A stretch of DNA of 64,000 bases from assembly GCA_963783575.1 (NCBI GenBank), contig CAWAOD010000003.1:192001-256000 (forward strand), read 5' to 3'. The position numbers and the translations under genes are program-made. Shown one piece after another: positions 30,052-40,312 of the stretch (position 1 is its first letter; every line of letters starts with the position of its first letter). Source of the stretch: an uncultured Spirochaetota bacterium. GTDB lineage: Bacteria; Spirochaetota; Brevinematia; Brevinematales; JAOACQ01. The notes under the pieces were generated by a model. The model did no database searches. It was not told the DNA's origin and saw only the letters and a program-made list of their open reading frames with translations.

Positions 30052-31836
30052 TCATTGAAGATCATTTTTTGTGACTTCGAATATAAGTGTCTTATCGGCA
30101 ATCTGCCTGAGGCTTCTATTACTGCTGCCGCGGGGAATTATCCAGCAGACAGCCCGTTTGCCTTCATAATAATTCATTGCTGAAGAAAGAACTTTTCGCA
30201 AAGAGTAAGGCTTATTTGAAACAATATTAATCACTATCATCAACCAGTTCTCCGAATAATGGCTTATGTTTGAACCCTGCTTTAAAAGTTGCGTTACTGA
30301 AGGACCGGCTGTCTTTTTCTTGGCATGCCCGAAATCCGGAGCTTCGGTATTGCCCATAGGATCTAACCCGGACGCGCGGCAAAAATCAATAGAAGCCCAC
30401 TTAGCGACTGATTCCGATGAAGAAATTTTTGAATAATTGCAGTCGTACAAATCGATTATCAGTTCAAAAGCTTCGGAAAATCCTTCCTCTACAGGCAGTT
30501 TATAACCGGATGACAAAATTCTGGAACAGTCAGTAAGTTTCGGTTTGAATATTACATCAATGTCTTTTAATTTCTTCCCCAATAATTCCTCCTGGTAGAT
30601 ATAACAGCATTTCCTGATCTGCCGGAGGTCACTAAATGAACCGCGCGGTATATGCCAGCAGACAGCCGAATCCGCCCCAAAATAGCTTAAAGAATAAGCT
30701 GACGCATCTTCCACAGGCAAAGAGGCGCAGGTAAAGCAATTGGCGCTGCCGGTCGACCCATACTGCCGGTAATTGATAGCACTGGTTTCTATATATTGAA
30801 CCAGCGTTTCGCCCGGTCCGAAATTTGAATTCGATACAATAGGTTTACCGAAGGCTTTCATTTTTATAGCTTCGCAAGTCTCTTTACTCCATCTCGCCAC
30901 CTTATCCATTGCCGGAAATTTAGCATCCTTAAGATGAAGATCCATTATTATTTCTTCGCCGTATTTATCCTGTTCAAGCCTTCTCTGGAATTCCGGATAT
31001 ACCATGGTTGAAATATTCGGGGAATACCATCTTGTTTTAATTCCTGATTCCTTAAAGGCTTTTTTAGCATTCTGAGGTGCTCTTTTGAAAACTTTTCTGC
31101 CCTTTGATCCGGCTGTAAGGCTGAATGGCCCTCCGATATAGCTTGCGTTTGCGAATTGAACCACCCTTACATCATCAAAAGAACACTCTATCTGCCGCCA
31201 GCTTGCCGGACACTCAGAAGGCTGAAGTATCAGCGAACCTGTCTGATGTATTGCAATTCCCCCGTCTATAAGCGCGTTATAAACGCTCTGGTAAAAGTCC
31301 GTGCTGAACAGTGATTTTGCCGGACCTATAGGATCGGTTGAATCAATAATAACAACGTCGCAGGTTTCTTTCATTTTTCTTATCGCTTCGGCGCCGTCCC
31401 CGGTAATTACATGAAGCCTTTTATCATCCCAGATTCCTTCCGATACCGAAGGCATTAATTTCCTGCAGTAATCTATGACCATTTTATCAATTTCTACAAT
31501 CGTCACTGAATTTACCGATTTATGCTTCAAAACTTCCCTTGCAACTCCACCGTCACCACCGCCGATTATCAGGACTTTTTCGGCCGGTTTGAGCAGAGAA
31601 AAAAGCGGCCAGTGAGTAATCCATTCATGATAAATTCCTTCGTCTTCTTCTGTTAACTGGACGACTCCGTCAAGAATCAGGACACGCCCAAGCCTCTCCG
31701 TTTCAAGGATCATGATTTTCTGAAATCCCGTATCCGTTTCTGGTAAAAGAATTTTCGAAACTTTAAAGCCGTAAGTAATATCCGGATAGAGTTCTTCATA
31801 GAACCAAAATTCATTTTTTTGGTTGGTTAATCCCAT
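30052..31836 (-). CDS. speE: Spermidine synthase fused to two tandem AdoMet-decarboxylase-like domains
   Basis: LDGVVQ, YHE, LIIGGGDGG, VEID and DSTDPIGP in the first ~290 aa; duplicated C-terminal module ending AVCW(H/I)IPRG. Confidence 0.85.
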   Translation of the reverse strand: MGLTNQKNEFWFYEELYPDITYGFKVSKILLPETDTGFQKIMILETERLGRVLILDGVVQLTEEDEGIYHEWITHWPLFSLLKPAEKVLIIGGGDGGVAREVLKHKSVNSVTIVEIDKMVIDYCRKLMPSVSEGIWDDKRLHVITGDGAEAIRKMKETCDVVIIDSTDPIGPAKSLFSTDFYQSVYNALIDGGIAIHQTGSLILQPSECPASWRQIECSFDDVRVVQFANASYIGGPFSLTAGSKGRKVFKRAPQNAKKAFKESGIKTRWYSPNISTMVYPEFQRRLEQDKYGEEIIMDLHLKDAKFPAMDKVARWSKETCEAIKMKAFGKPIVSNSNFGPGETLVQYIETSAINYRQYGSTGSANCFTCASLPVEDASAYSLSYFGADSAVCWHIPRGSFSDLRQIRKCCYIYQEELLGKKLKDIDVIFKPKLTDCSRILSSGYKLPVEEGFSEAFELIIDLYDCNYSKISSSESVAKWASIDFCRASGLDPMGNTEAPDFGHAKKKTAGPSVTQLLKQGSNISHYSENWLMIVINIVSNKPYSLRKVLSSAMNYYEGKRAVCWIIPRGSSNRSLRQIADKTLIFEVTKNDLQ

Positions 31837-32074
31837 TTTATTTTCCTCTTAATAAACAAATGAATATATTGACCTGAAATTATCTTTTTAATATTAATAA
31901 TTAGTTAATAACTCAACAATCCCTTGCATTGGCTGGTTGATAGCAGCCAGAGACCAGCAGCTCACCGCTAATTTTATGCCGGAAGTGATTTTATTACAGG
32001 CATTTAAAAATGTCAAATGAATAGGCTATACAGGGAAAATAATCATAAATTGATTATAAAATTATTGTAATGAT

Positions 32075-33706
32075 TTACTTCAAAGCAGTATTGTTTTCTT
32101 CTTTTTTTAATTTCTTATTCCGGTACATTTCAATATCTGCTATTCTTATTAACTCATCTACAGTTAGCGGGTTATTTGGATCAAACTCTGCAAGTCCGTA
32201 GCTGAAACTCAAGTGATAGGGAGGCATATGTGTCAGGTTGTAATCCTGGAGAGTATTTTCGATAACCCGGCAGACATACCCGCACTGTTCCAACGAAGAA
32301 CCGGGCAGGATGACAAGGAATTCATCGCCGCCCATCCGGCAAATCGCATCCGATTCACGGAGATTTTCCTTAAAAAAACGGACAATCTTTAGTATATAAG
32401 CATCGCCTTCATGATGTCCGAAGTTGTCATTTACCCATTTAAGATTATTTAAATCAATAAAACAAATTGTAAAAGGAGTTGATATTCTTTTGCTGCGGAT
32501 AATTTCCTGTTCAAGTAAAATAAGACCAATGCGCCGGTTGTAAACCCCGGTCATTGTGTCGGTCGTAGCGTAAGATTCCAGTTCTTTTGTCCTTTCCTGC
32601 ACCTTGATTTCCAGTTCCTCTTTTGATTTATTAAGATCATCTTCTATTTGTATTCGTCTATTAATTTCATTTTCCATTCTTTTAATAAACCTTAAATCCT
32701 GGCATACAAAAATATGCCCCATTTTTATTCCCTCTTTATTGGTTAAAATTGAACTGTATAAATTTACCGGGATTAATTCTTTATCCGGTTTGATTATATG
32801 GAAATCCCAGAATTGATTCATTTTAAGCAGAATTTCATTCTCAATGTTTTCCTGAAAAATATTAACGATATTCAGGGCTGAAGCTTTCTTCTCGGTAATA
32901 TTCAAAATATTTTTAGCGGCACTATTTAAAAGAATTATATTCAAATCCGAGTCTGTCATAAAAATATAATCATTTATATGAGAAAGAATTTCATCGATCG
33001 CTACAGCAGGAGTCGGGACCATCAATTGATAAAAATGAATCGAATGAGCCATGCCTATCATCCATATTAAGCCGAAAACCGGGGCTATATGAGGGACAAT
33101 ATAAATATTTAAAACCGGGAAAATAACATCGGTCAATGAAGCAAGAAAAAATCCAATTCCGCATGTGCCCAAAATTAAAAAAGCCTGTTTCTTTTCAACA
33201 TAACTTATTCTTTTATTGTGCCAGATAAGGGTAATTATCATCGTTAAAAGAAGGTAAGAAAAATTATATATAAGAAACAATAAGCCCCATAAATTTTTAT
33301 TATCTCGAATTTCATATGTATTTCCCCGGATCTGTATGTAATCTGTGGGTAGAATAATTCCGGCCATTGCCAGAATGATAAATATTACAGGAGGCGTATA
33401 ATTGAAAATATAAATTAAATGAAATTTGTTGTCAGATATGGTTTTTGTAAACCTTAAAGCGAAATGGAATGCAAACGATGGGAAAAGACACCAGCCCAGG
33501 GCCGCTATTCTTTCAAGAAAATCCAGATTATTCCGGTCGGTTTCAGGATATATGAAAGTATTGGCTAAAGCCCATAATACAAGGGAAATGTTCAGCAGAA
33601 GGAATATACGGTTTAATATACCATTTTTATTTTCCCTGTAAACTGTAACACCCAGCCATATATAAAAAATAGAGGCAAAGAAAGACAGAAGGGAATAATA
33701 GTTCAT
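32075..33706 (-). CDS. Membrane diguanylate cyclase (7TM + PAS-like + GGDEF)
   Basis: DTMTGVYNR, FIDLNNLK and RMGGDEF motifs; N-terminal TM segments. Confidence 0.92.
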   Translation of the reverse strand: MNYYSLLSFFASIFYIWLGVTVYRENKNGILNRIFLLLNISLVLWALANTFIYPETDRNNLDFLERIAALGWCLFPSFAFHFALRFTKTISDNKFHLIYIFNYTPPVIFIILAMAGIILPTDYIQIRGNTYEIRDNKNLWGLLFLIYNFSYLLLTMIITLIWHNKRISYVEKKQAFLILGTCGIGFFLASLTDVIFPVLNIYIVPHIAPVFGLIWMIGMAHSIHFYQLMVPTPAVAIDEILSHINDYIFMTDSDLNIILLNSAAKNILNITEKKASALNIVNIFQENIENEILLKMNQFWDFHIIKPDKELIPVNLYSSILTNKEGIKMGHIFVCQDLRFIKRMENEINRRIQIEDDLNKSKEELEIKVQERTKELESYATTDTMTGVYNRRIGLILLEQEIIRSKRISTPFTICFIDLNNLKWVNDNFGHHEGDAYILKIVRFFKENLRESDAICRMGGDEFLVILPGSSLEQCGYVCRVIENTLQDYNLTHMPPYHLSFSYGLAEFDPNNPLTVDELIRIADIEMYRNKKLKKEENNTALK

Positions 33707-34030
33707 TGCCCCAACCCCCACATCTTTTGCAATGATGCTCTTATTAATGACCTAAAAGTTGTTATTTTTTTTATTTTTCATTACAGGTTTGGAAAAATCG
33801 TAAAATTGAGAAATATCCTTGCATATAATATTATAACTAAATTATAATAGATATATTAAAAAAAGCAATAATTCATTTCATTATATTTTATTATTACCCC
33901 GATTAAAATTATTTTCATTGGAATATATGAGTTATAAGACCTAACCGGTGTTGAGATTGCGGGCAAGAATTATGCAGGAAAGCTTATGATCAAAATAAAA
34001 AATAATCTAAAATGAATCGAGGTAAATCAA

Positions 34031-34897
34031 ATGTTTAAACGGGTTTTATTTCCTGTGATTATGAATGAACATACGGAGCAAATTATAAATTGCCTTGGCG
34101 GATTGGCAAAGAATGGAGTACAGGAAGTGCTTCTTTTCCATGTCTTAAGCGTCTCAGAAATGGCAAATGGCAGGATTAGCAGGAAACACGATGAAGATAT
34201 GCTGATCCGGTGGAAAAAGATACTGGAAGAGACTGGAATAGTTGCCGATTATCGGATTATGACCGGAATCCCCTGGCTTGAGATTGTCGAGGCTGCCGAT
34301 AAAAATGATTTTTCATTTGTGCTGCTCGGTTCTCACAGGAATTATTATCTTGACAAGGTTTTTTTTGGAAGCGTAACGGAGAATGTTGTTCATCATTCAA
34401 AAAAACCAATCTTTATTTTCAAACTTAAGCTGAATGAAAATGAAAAAAGCGGACCATTCTGTATGGATATTTTCGGAAAGATCCTGTATGCAACCGATTT
34501 TTCAGAATCATCCGCAGAGTGCATACCTTACATAGATGAGATGCTAAATAGTAAAAACCAGGAAATCATAGTGCTTCACGTTCAGGATTTAAGAATTTTG
34601 AAGCATGTATCCGCTGAAAAAATCGATGAGTTTAACAGGGTTGATCTTGAACGGCTTGAAAAATTAAAACAGCATTTTGAAAAAAGCGGATTTAAAAAAG
34701 TTATGACTTTATTATCAACCGGTTTTTCCATACCGGAAATACTGAATTATATAAAGACCGAAGGACCTACAATTGTAGTAATGGGCAAAAAAGGAAAATC
34801 TAATCTTAAAGAAATGCTCCTTGGAGGAGTCGCAGACACAATCATACGCAAATCTGAAATTCCTATTTTTATTGTCGAAGGCATCAAATCGGTATAA
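34031..34897 (+). CDS. Universal stress protein, tandem Usp domains
   Basis: FFGSVTENVV, ILYATDFS and LLGGVADTII motifs. Confidence 0.9.
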   Translation: MFKRVLFPVIMNEHTEQIINCLGGLAKNGVQEVLLFHVLSVSEMANGRISRKHDEDMLIRWKKILEETGIVADYRIMTGIPWLEIVEAADKNDFSFVLLGSHRNYYLDKVFFGSVTENVVHHSKKPIFIFKLKLNENEKSGPFCMDIFGKILYATDFSESSAECIPYIDEMLNSKNQEIIVLHVQDLRILKHVSAEKIDEFNRVDLERLEKLKQHFEKSGFKKVMTLLSTGFSIPEILNYIKTEGPTIVVMGKKGKSNLKEMLLGGVADTIIRKSEIPIFIVEGIKSV

Positions 34898-35174
34898 AAA
34901 CTCCAGCTAATTCTCTCAAAAACTTGATTACCAAACACCTAAACATGTAATCTTCAATATCAATTACTTTGTTTGCGCATCAATATTTTGCTAAATTCCT
35001 CAAAAAATAAATATTTTTTCTCATCTACGTATTTACCCCGATGACAAAATAATTGAAAGAATGTAAAATTTAATTCTAATAATAAAAACATCACCGACTA
35101 TAAATAATTATCTGTCGCTTAATTTATAAAAATCAATCAAACGGATTGTTTTTTATAAAATCCAGGAGGATTTT

Positions 35175-36728
35175 GTGAAAATTTTATATTTAAATTATTT
35201 ATTAATCGCATTGTCTTTTCTGGGTTATGTTTCCTGTTCGGCAGGGGACCCTGATAAAATAACTCAGAGCCAAAGCAGGAACAATCCCAACGACCCGGGC
35301 GGCGGGAATTATTCGAGCGCCGCAGGTTCATCGACTGGTAATTCATCATCGATTAACGGCAGTTTGAGTGCGTCCAGTGCAGATATTTTGCCTAATGCGC
35401 CTGTAGTAAGCGGAACAAGCCCAACACTTAATAAAATGCCGACCTGGAACTGGGTTTCGGGCGGAGGTGGAAGCGGAACATACCGGTATAAACTGGACAG
35501 TTCCGATCTTACAGCAGGCGCAGTAGAAGCTGCAGCCGTAAGCTTTACTCCGGCATCAGCGCTTTCTCTGGATAATCATACCCTGTATGTTCAGGAACGT
35601 AATTCGTCCGGGAACTGGTCTGTAAGCGGCAATTATACCATCCTTATTTCGGATTGCATACCCGTTGGCTGGATCGGCGGTGGAAGTGACGGGTGGAAGA
35701 CCAATTCCGATCCTATAAGCGGTGGCGATTACCGGTCATTCAGGTATCCCGGTGATGTTTTTGTAGACAGCGCCGGAAATATCTATATATCTGATTCTAT
35801 AACCAATAGAATTTCAAAATGGGACTCAAGCGGAACAGCTTTAGGATGTATCGGCGGGGGAAGCGATGGATGGAAAACCGGAAATTCACCGATTTCTGCC
35901 GGAACAGATTTACGGAGTTTCAAGAATCCCGAGGGAGTTTTTGTCGACAATTCAGGAAATATATATGTCGCGGATTATAACAATCACAGGATCAGCAAAT
36001 GGGATTCTTCCGGAACAGCCTTAGGATGGATCGGCGGTGGATACGACGGATGGCAGACGGGAAGCGCTCCTGGCGCTGCGGGAAACTTTAAATATTTCAG
36101 CGGACCGTCATCAGTCTGTGTAGACGGATCTGGAAATATTTATGTTGTCGATTGCGGTTATGTAAGCAAGTGGAGTTCAAACGGCGTTGAAGTGGGCTGG
36201 ATAGGCGGGGGAAGCGACGGATGGCAGACAGGCATGCATCCGGGCACGAACACTGATTACAGGAGTTTCAGTTATGCCCATGGCATCTGCATTGACGGCT
36301 CGGGTAATCTGTATGTCACCGAGGATTATAACAACAGGATCAGCAAATGGGATTCTTCCGGAACTGCTTTGGGCTGGATTGGCGGTGGTAGCGACGGGTG
36401 GAAGCAGACAGACGGCGCAGTATCGAATGTTGATTACAGGAGCTTCAGGCTCCCGCGGGATGTTTCGGTGGATGCGGGGGGAAATATCTATGTCGCGGAC
36501 TGGTATAACAACAGGATCAGCAAATGGAATTCTTCCGGTACGGCCTTGGGCTGGATCGGCTATGGAAGCCCGGGGTGGAAAAAAAACGATATTCCTTCAA
36601 CATATTCCGGGACCATTAGGGATTATGATTTTTTTAATTACCCGATTGGCATATTTGTCTGGAATTCTACCAATATCTATATTGCCGAACAGAATAATTA
36701 CAGAATATCCAAATGGCAGCAGCCGTAG
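35175..36728 (+). CDS. AGDPD-tag lipoprotein 1: Ig-like domain + NHL-repeat beta-propeller
   Basis: GTG start after AGGAGG; VSCSAGDPDK tag; about 6 repeats of VDxxGNIYVAD.xN.RISKW..GWIGGG. Confidence 0.85.
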   Translation: MKILYLNYLLIALSFLGYVSCSAGDPDKITQSQSRNNPNDPGGGNYSSAAGSSTGNSSSINGSLSASSADILPNAPVVSGTSPTLNKMPTWNWVSGGGGSGTYRYKLDSSDLTAGAVEAAAVSFTPASALSLDNHTLYVQERNSSGNWSVSGNYTILISDCIPVGWIGGGSDGWKTNSDPISGGDYRSFRYPGDVFVDSAGNIYISDSITNRISKWDSSGTALGCIGGGSDGWKTGNSPISAGTDLRSFKNPEGVFVDNSGNIYVADYNNHRISKWDSSGTALGWIGGGYDGWQTGSAPGAAGNFKYFSGPSSVCVDGSGNIYVVDCGYVSKWSSNGVEVGWIGGGSDGWQTGMHPGTNTDYRSFSYAHGICIDGSGNLYVTEDYNNRISKWDSSGTALGWIGGGSDGWKQTDGAVSNVDYRSFRLPRDVSVDAGGNIYVADWYNNRISKWNSSGTALGWIGYGSPGWKKNDIPSTYSGTIRDYDFFNYPIGIFVWNSTNIYIAEQNNYRISKWQQP

Positions 36729-36745
36729 AAAAGAGGAGGAAGTTT

Positions 36746-38140
36746 GTGATAAGAATAAACTTTTATCTTTTATTAATCCTTGGTTTTACTTTCGTTTTGA
36801 TTTCCTGCGCCGCAGGCGACCCTGATAAAATATCACAAAGCAACAGCAGGAACAACCTCAACGACCCGAATGGAGGCAATTATTCCTCCGTTAGTTCCGT
36901 AACAAGTTTTTCATCTTCTTCCACGGGAGGTACAGTAAGTCCAACAGTCATTTCCGCAAGTCCGCAAAATAATGATCAGGGAGTCTGGATTTCACAAACA
37001 ATAAATATAACATTCTCTAAAACAATGAATAAAAATCTTACAACGAATGCGTTTTCTCTAAAAGACCCGGGGAATTTCAACATTGCCGGGACCTTTCAAT
37101 GGGTAAACAATGATCAGAATCTGGGGTTTACTCCATCCGGAACTCTTTCATATGATAAGGAATATACTATGACCATAGGAACAGGAGCGGAAGATATATC
37201 GGGTAATCCTTTGCCGGCAGCGTTTACAAGCAAATTTACAACCGGATGGGCTCAGGCGACGACAAACGGAGGATGGCCCGGAAGAACATTATCTACGTGC
37301 GTTTCATTTAAAAACAGCCTGTGGCTTTTGGGCGGCTTTTCCACTACAATTTCCAATAACGATGTCTGGTGCAGTTCCGATGGGGCAGACTGGAATCAGG
37401 CTATTGAAGTCGCGCCCTGGATTGGAAGACATTGGCATACAAGCGTTGTATTTGATAATAAGATATGGGTTATGGGCGGCTGTTGTATCAATGGAGATTG
37501 GACAAATGATGTCTGCTACAGTCCCGATGGAACAAACTGGTATCAGGCCACAGCCGCTGCCGGATGGAGCGGGAGAGAAGGACATACCAGCGTTGTATAT
37601 GACGGCGGTATGTGGGTCATTGGAGGCTTAGATACAACAGGCCATTATAAGTCAGATGTCTGGAATAGTGCCGATGGAACAAACTGGTTTCAAATTTCAC
37701 CATCTGCCGGATGGAGCGTGCGATACGACCATGCCAGCGTTGTTTTCAATAATGCGATATGGGTTATGGGCGGTTGTGACGGTAATTATATGAACGATGT
37801 CTGGTACAGTACCGACGGTGTTAACTGGAGCCAGGTTACGGCTTCAGCCCCCTGGTCAAAAAGATCGGGATTTTCAGCCGTAGTCGCCGGTCAGAAGATA
37901 TGGATTATGGGTGGTAACAACTCAACAACCGGTTATCAGACAGATGTTTGGTATAGTTCCGATGGAACAAACTGGATGCAAGCTATGGCTTCGACAGGAT
38001 GGGGAGGCAGGGAATGGCAAGTATGTACTGTGGATAAAATGTTCGTCAGTATTATTCAGTCGATTGACAGAATCTGGCTTATCGGCGGTTACCAAGACGG
38101 GCAGGGAAAGAAAAGCGATGCATGGTGGATACTACCGTAA
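36746..38140 (+). CDS. AGDPD-tag lipoprotein 2: bacterial Ig-like domain + Kelch-like repeats
   Basis: GTG at 36746 after GAGGAGG; ISCAAGDPDK tag; ITFSK.M..DISGNPL Ig-like domain; repeats of WVMGG..NDVW.S.DG.NW. Confidence 0.85.
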   Translation: MIRINFYLLLILGFTFVLISCAAGDPDKISQSNSRNNLNDPNGGNYSSVSSVTSFSSSSTGGTVSPTVISASPQNNDQGVWISQTINITFSKTMNKNLTTNAFSLKDPGNFNIAGTFQWVNNDQNLGFTPSGTLSYDKEYTMTIGTGAEDISGNPLPAAFTSKFTTGWAQATTNGGWPGRTLSTCVSFKNSLWLLGGFSTTISNNDVWCSSDGADWNQAIEVAPWIGRHWHTSVVFDNKIWVMGGCCINGDWTNDVCYSPDGTNWYQATAAAGWSGREGHTSVVYDGGMWVIGGLDTTGHYKSDVWNSADGTNWFQISPSAGWSVRYDHASVVFNNAIWVMGGCDGNYMNDVWYSTDGVNWSQVTASAPWSKRSGFSAVVAGQKIWIMGGNNSTTGYQTDVWYSSDGTNWMQAMASTGWGGREWQVCTVDKMFVSIIQSIDRIWLIGGYQDGQGKKSDAWWILP

Positions 38141-38168
38141 AATTTAATTTTAATTATCGGAGGCTCAT

Positions 38169-39251
38169 ATGAATTTAAAGTCATTAAAATATCCATTGAT
38201 TACGGCGATTTTGTTTATATTAACATCCTGCTCTGCGGGCGATCCCGATAAAATATCGCAAAGCAACAGCAGGAACAACCCTAACGACCAGAACGGAACT
38301 GCTTATTCCAGTATAAGCAGTTCTGCAGGTGTATCTTCATCTGCAGGTACATCTTCATCTGCAGGTGTATCTTCATCTACAGGCTCATCTTCAACTGCTA
38401 GTGCTTATACAGTGGGGGCAAACTGGACTCAGGCAACCGCTGCGGCGGGTTTCTCACCCCGCGGGGGGCATGCAAGCGTTGTTTTCAACAATGCCATGTG
38501 GGTAATCGGCGGATTTGATTCTTCAAACATATATAATGATGTGTGGTATTCCAAAAACGGCACAAACTGGACTCAGGCAACTCAAAACGCGGGGTTCAGT
38601 ATACGGGATTCATTCAGTTGTCTGGTTTTTAAAGGCAGCATGTGGGTGATCGGCGGAAGATCCTACACTTATACAAACGATATCTGGTATTCAAGGGATG
38701 GGACAAACTGGAGCCTGGCGACGGCCGCTGCCGCATTCTGCCCGCGTGGCAGTTTTGCCGGCGTGGTCTATAACAATATGATGTGGGTAATTGCCGGAGG
38801 ATATTCTCTAAGTGGAGAAACCAATGATGTCTGGTATTCAAGCGACGGGACAAACTGGTCAAGAGCGACGGCAGGGGCTTCGTTCTCCACGCGTAAGGAA
38901 GCCGTGTGTCTGACTAATAACAATTTGATGTGGCTGATCGGAGGGAGTATAAATGGCGAGGCATGGTATTCAAGCGACGGCATCAACTGGGCCTGTTCAA
39001 CCGCAAATGCTCCATATTCATACAGATTCGAACATTCAAGTGTGGTTTACGACAACAAAATGTGGGTAATATGCGGCATCAACGTTTCCGGAATATACTA
39101 TTCAGGCAACGGCACGAACTGGACCCTGGCGGGTAACCCGGAAATAACCAATAAATACGGACATACGACATTGGTTTATAACAATGCCATGTGGACGATT
39201 GCCGGTTATAACGAAAACGGAAGCACTAATGATGTATGGTATGCGCAGTAA
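38169..39251 (+). CDS. AGDPD-tag lipoprotein 3: Kelch-like repeat propeller
   Basis: TSCSAGDPDK tag; repeats of MWVIGG..NDVWYS.DGTNW. Confidence 0.85.
   Translation: MNLKSLKYPLITAILFILTSCSAGDPDKISQSNSRNNPNDQNGTAYSSISSSAGVSSSAGTSSSAGVSSSTGSSSTASAYTVGANWTQATAAAGFSPRGGHASVVFNNAMWVIGGFDSSNIYNDVWYSKNGTNWTQATQNAGFSIRDSFSCLVFKGSMWVIGGRSYTYTNDIWYSRDGTNWSLATAAAAFCPRGSFAGVVYNNMMWVIAGGYSLSGETNDVWYSSDGTNWSRATAGASFSTRKEAVCLTNNNLMWLIGGSINGEAWYSSDGINWACSTANAPYSYRFEHSSVVYDNKMWVICGINVSGIYYSGNGTNWTLAGNPEITNKYGHTTLVYNNAMWTIAGYNENGSTNDVWYAQ
38322..38393 (+). repeat. 4 x 18-bp tandem repeat encoding a Ser-rich linker
   Basis: TCTGCAGGTGTATCTTCA-like units (SAGVSS). Confidence 0.8.
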
Positions 39252-39297
39252 AGATATCAATAAAATATATGTTTCAATTGAAAATCAGGAGGAACAT

Positions 39298-40257
39298 ATG
39301 ACGATAAAGATACATATAATTTTACTATTACTAGGTTTTCTGCTATTTACGCTTTCCTGCGCCGCGGGCGATCCCGACAAAATATCTCAGAGCAACAGCA
39401 GGAACAATCATAACGATCCTAACGGAACCGCTTATTCCAGTGCTGTCAGTACATCGAGCGCTTCCAGTTCATCGGCGGGCAATTCATCTTCCAGCGCAAG
39501 CTCAAGTTCTTTTAACCCGCAGAATTTGCATGTCATAAAGACAGTAGATACAGGCGACGAAGCCTCCGGGGTTTGTGTCAGCGGGAATTATGCTTATATG
39601 GCCGATACCGGCGGGCTTAGGATTATTGATATAACCAGCCTGGCCGGCGCCTCACTTACAAATACTGTAGCTATAAGCGGCTATGCTCAGGGAGTCGCTG
39701 TCAGCGGGAATTATGCCTATGTGACCACATACAGCAGCGGGGTTCAGATCATAGACATATCAAGCCCGGCAAGCGCTTCTATTATTAAAACTGTTAATAC
39801 AGGCTATTCTTATGGAGTCGCTGTAAACGGGAATTATGCTTACGTGGCCGGTAATAACGGGCTTCTGATTATAGACATATCAAGCCCGGCAAGCGCTTCT
39901 ATTATTAAAACTGTTAATACAGGCGGTTCGATGGATGTCGCTGTCAGCGGAAATTACGCTTATGTGGCTGATGAAAGCGAGTTTCGTGTTATAGATATAT
40001 CAAACCCGACCAATGCTTCTATTTTAAAGACAATAAGTACAATGAGTATTGGTGGTGGAATTTATGTCAGCGGAAATTATGCGTATATGGCTGCCGGAGA
40101 TGCAGGCCTGTATGTTATGGATATATCAAGCCCTGCCAATGCTTCTATTTTAAAAGTAGTTGATACAAGTATAAGCGGCGGCTCTATTAAAGTCACTGTA
40201 AGCGGGAATTATGTTTTTGTGACTGGTTTTAGCGGGTTTGAGGTAATCGGGCAATGA
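39298..40257 (+). CDS. AGDPD-tag lipoprotein 4: LVIVD-repeat protein
   Basis: ATG at 39298 after AGGAGG; LSCAAGDPDK tag; repeats of VSGNYAYVA...GL.IIDIS.P; identical 54-bp DNA repeat at 39751 and 39871. Confidence 0.85.
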   Translation: MTIKIHIILLLLGFLLFTLSCAAGDPDKISQSNSRNNHNDPNGTAYSSAVSTSSASSSSAGNSSSSASSSSFNPQNLHVIKTVDTGDEASGVCVSGNYAYMADTGGLRIIDITSLAGASLTNTVAISGYAQGVAVSGNYAYVTTYSSGVQIIDISSPASASIIKTVNTGYSYGVAVNGNYAYVAGNNGLLIIDISSPASASIIKTVNTGGSMDVAVSGNYAYVADESEFRVIDISNPTNASILKTISTMSIGGGIYVSGNYAYMAAGDAGLYVMDISSPANASILKVVDTSISGGSIKVTVSGNYVFVTGFSGFEVIGQ

Positions 40258-40312
40258 ATTATATTTGCATAACGAGATTATTTAAATAAAAAAATAAACG
40301 GAGGTATTTTAT

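Noticed and set aside
36274..36825. 183-aa alternative-frame ORF overlapping lipoprotein 1
   Set aside because: Shadow ORF of the repetitive NHL coding region; no RBS or recognisable motif
35660..40200. Regularly spaced DNA repeats resembling a CRISPR array
   Set aside because: They are in-frame coding repeats (NHL, Kelch-like, LVIVD), degenerate at third codon positions, and no cas genes are present
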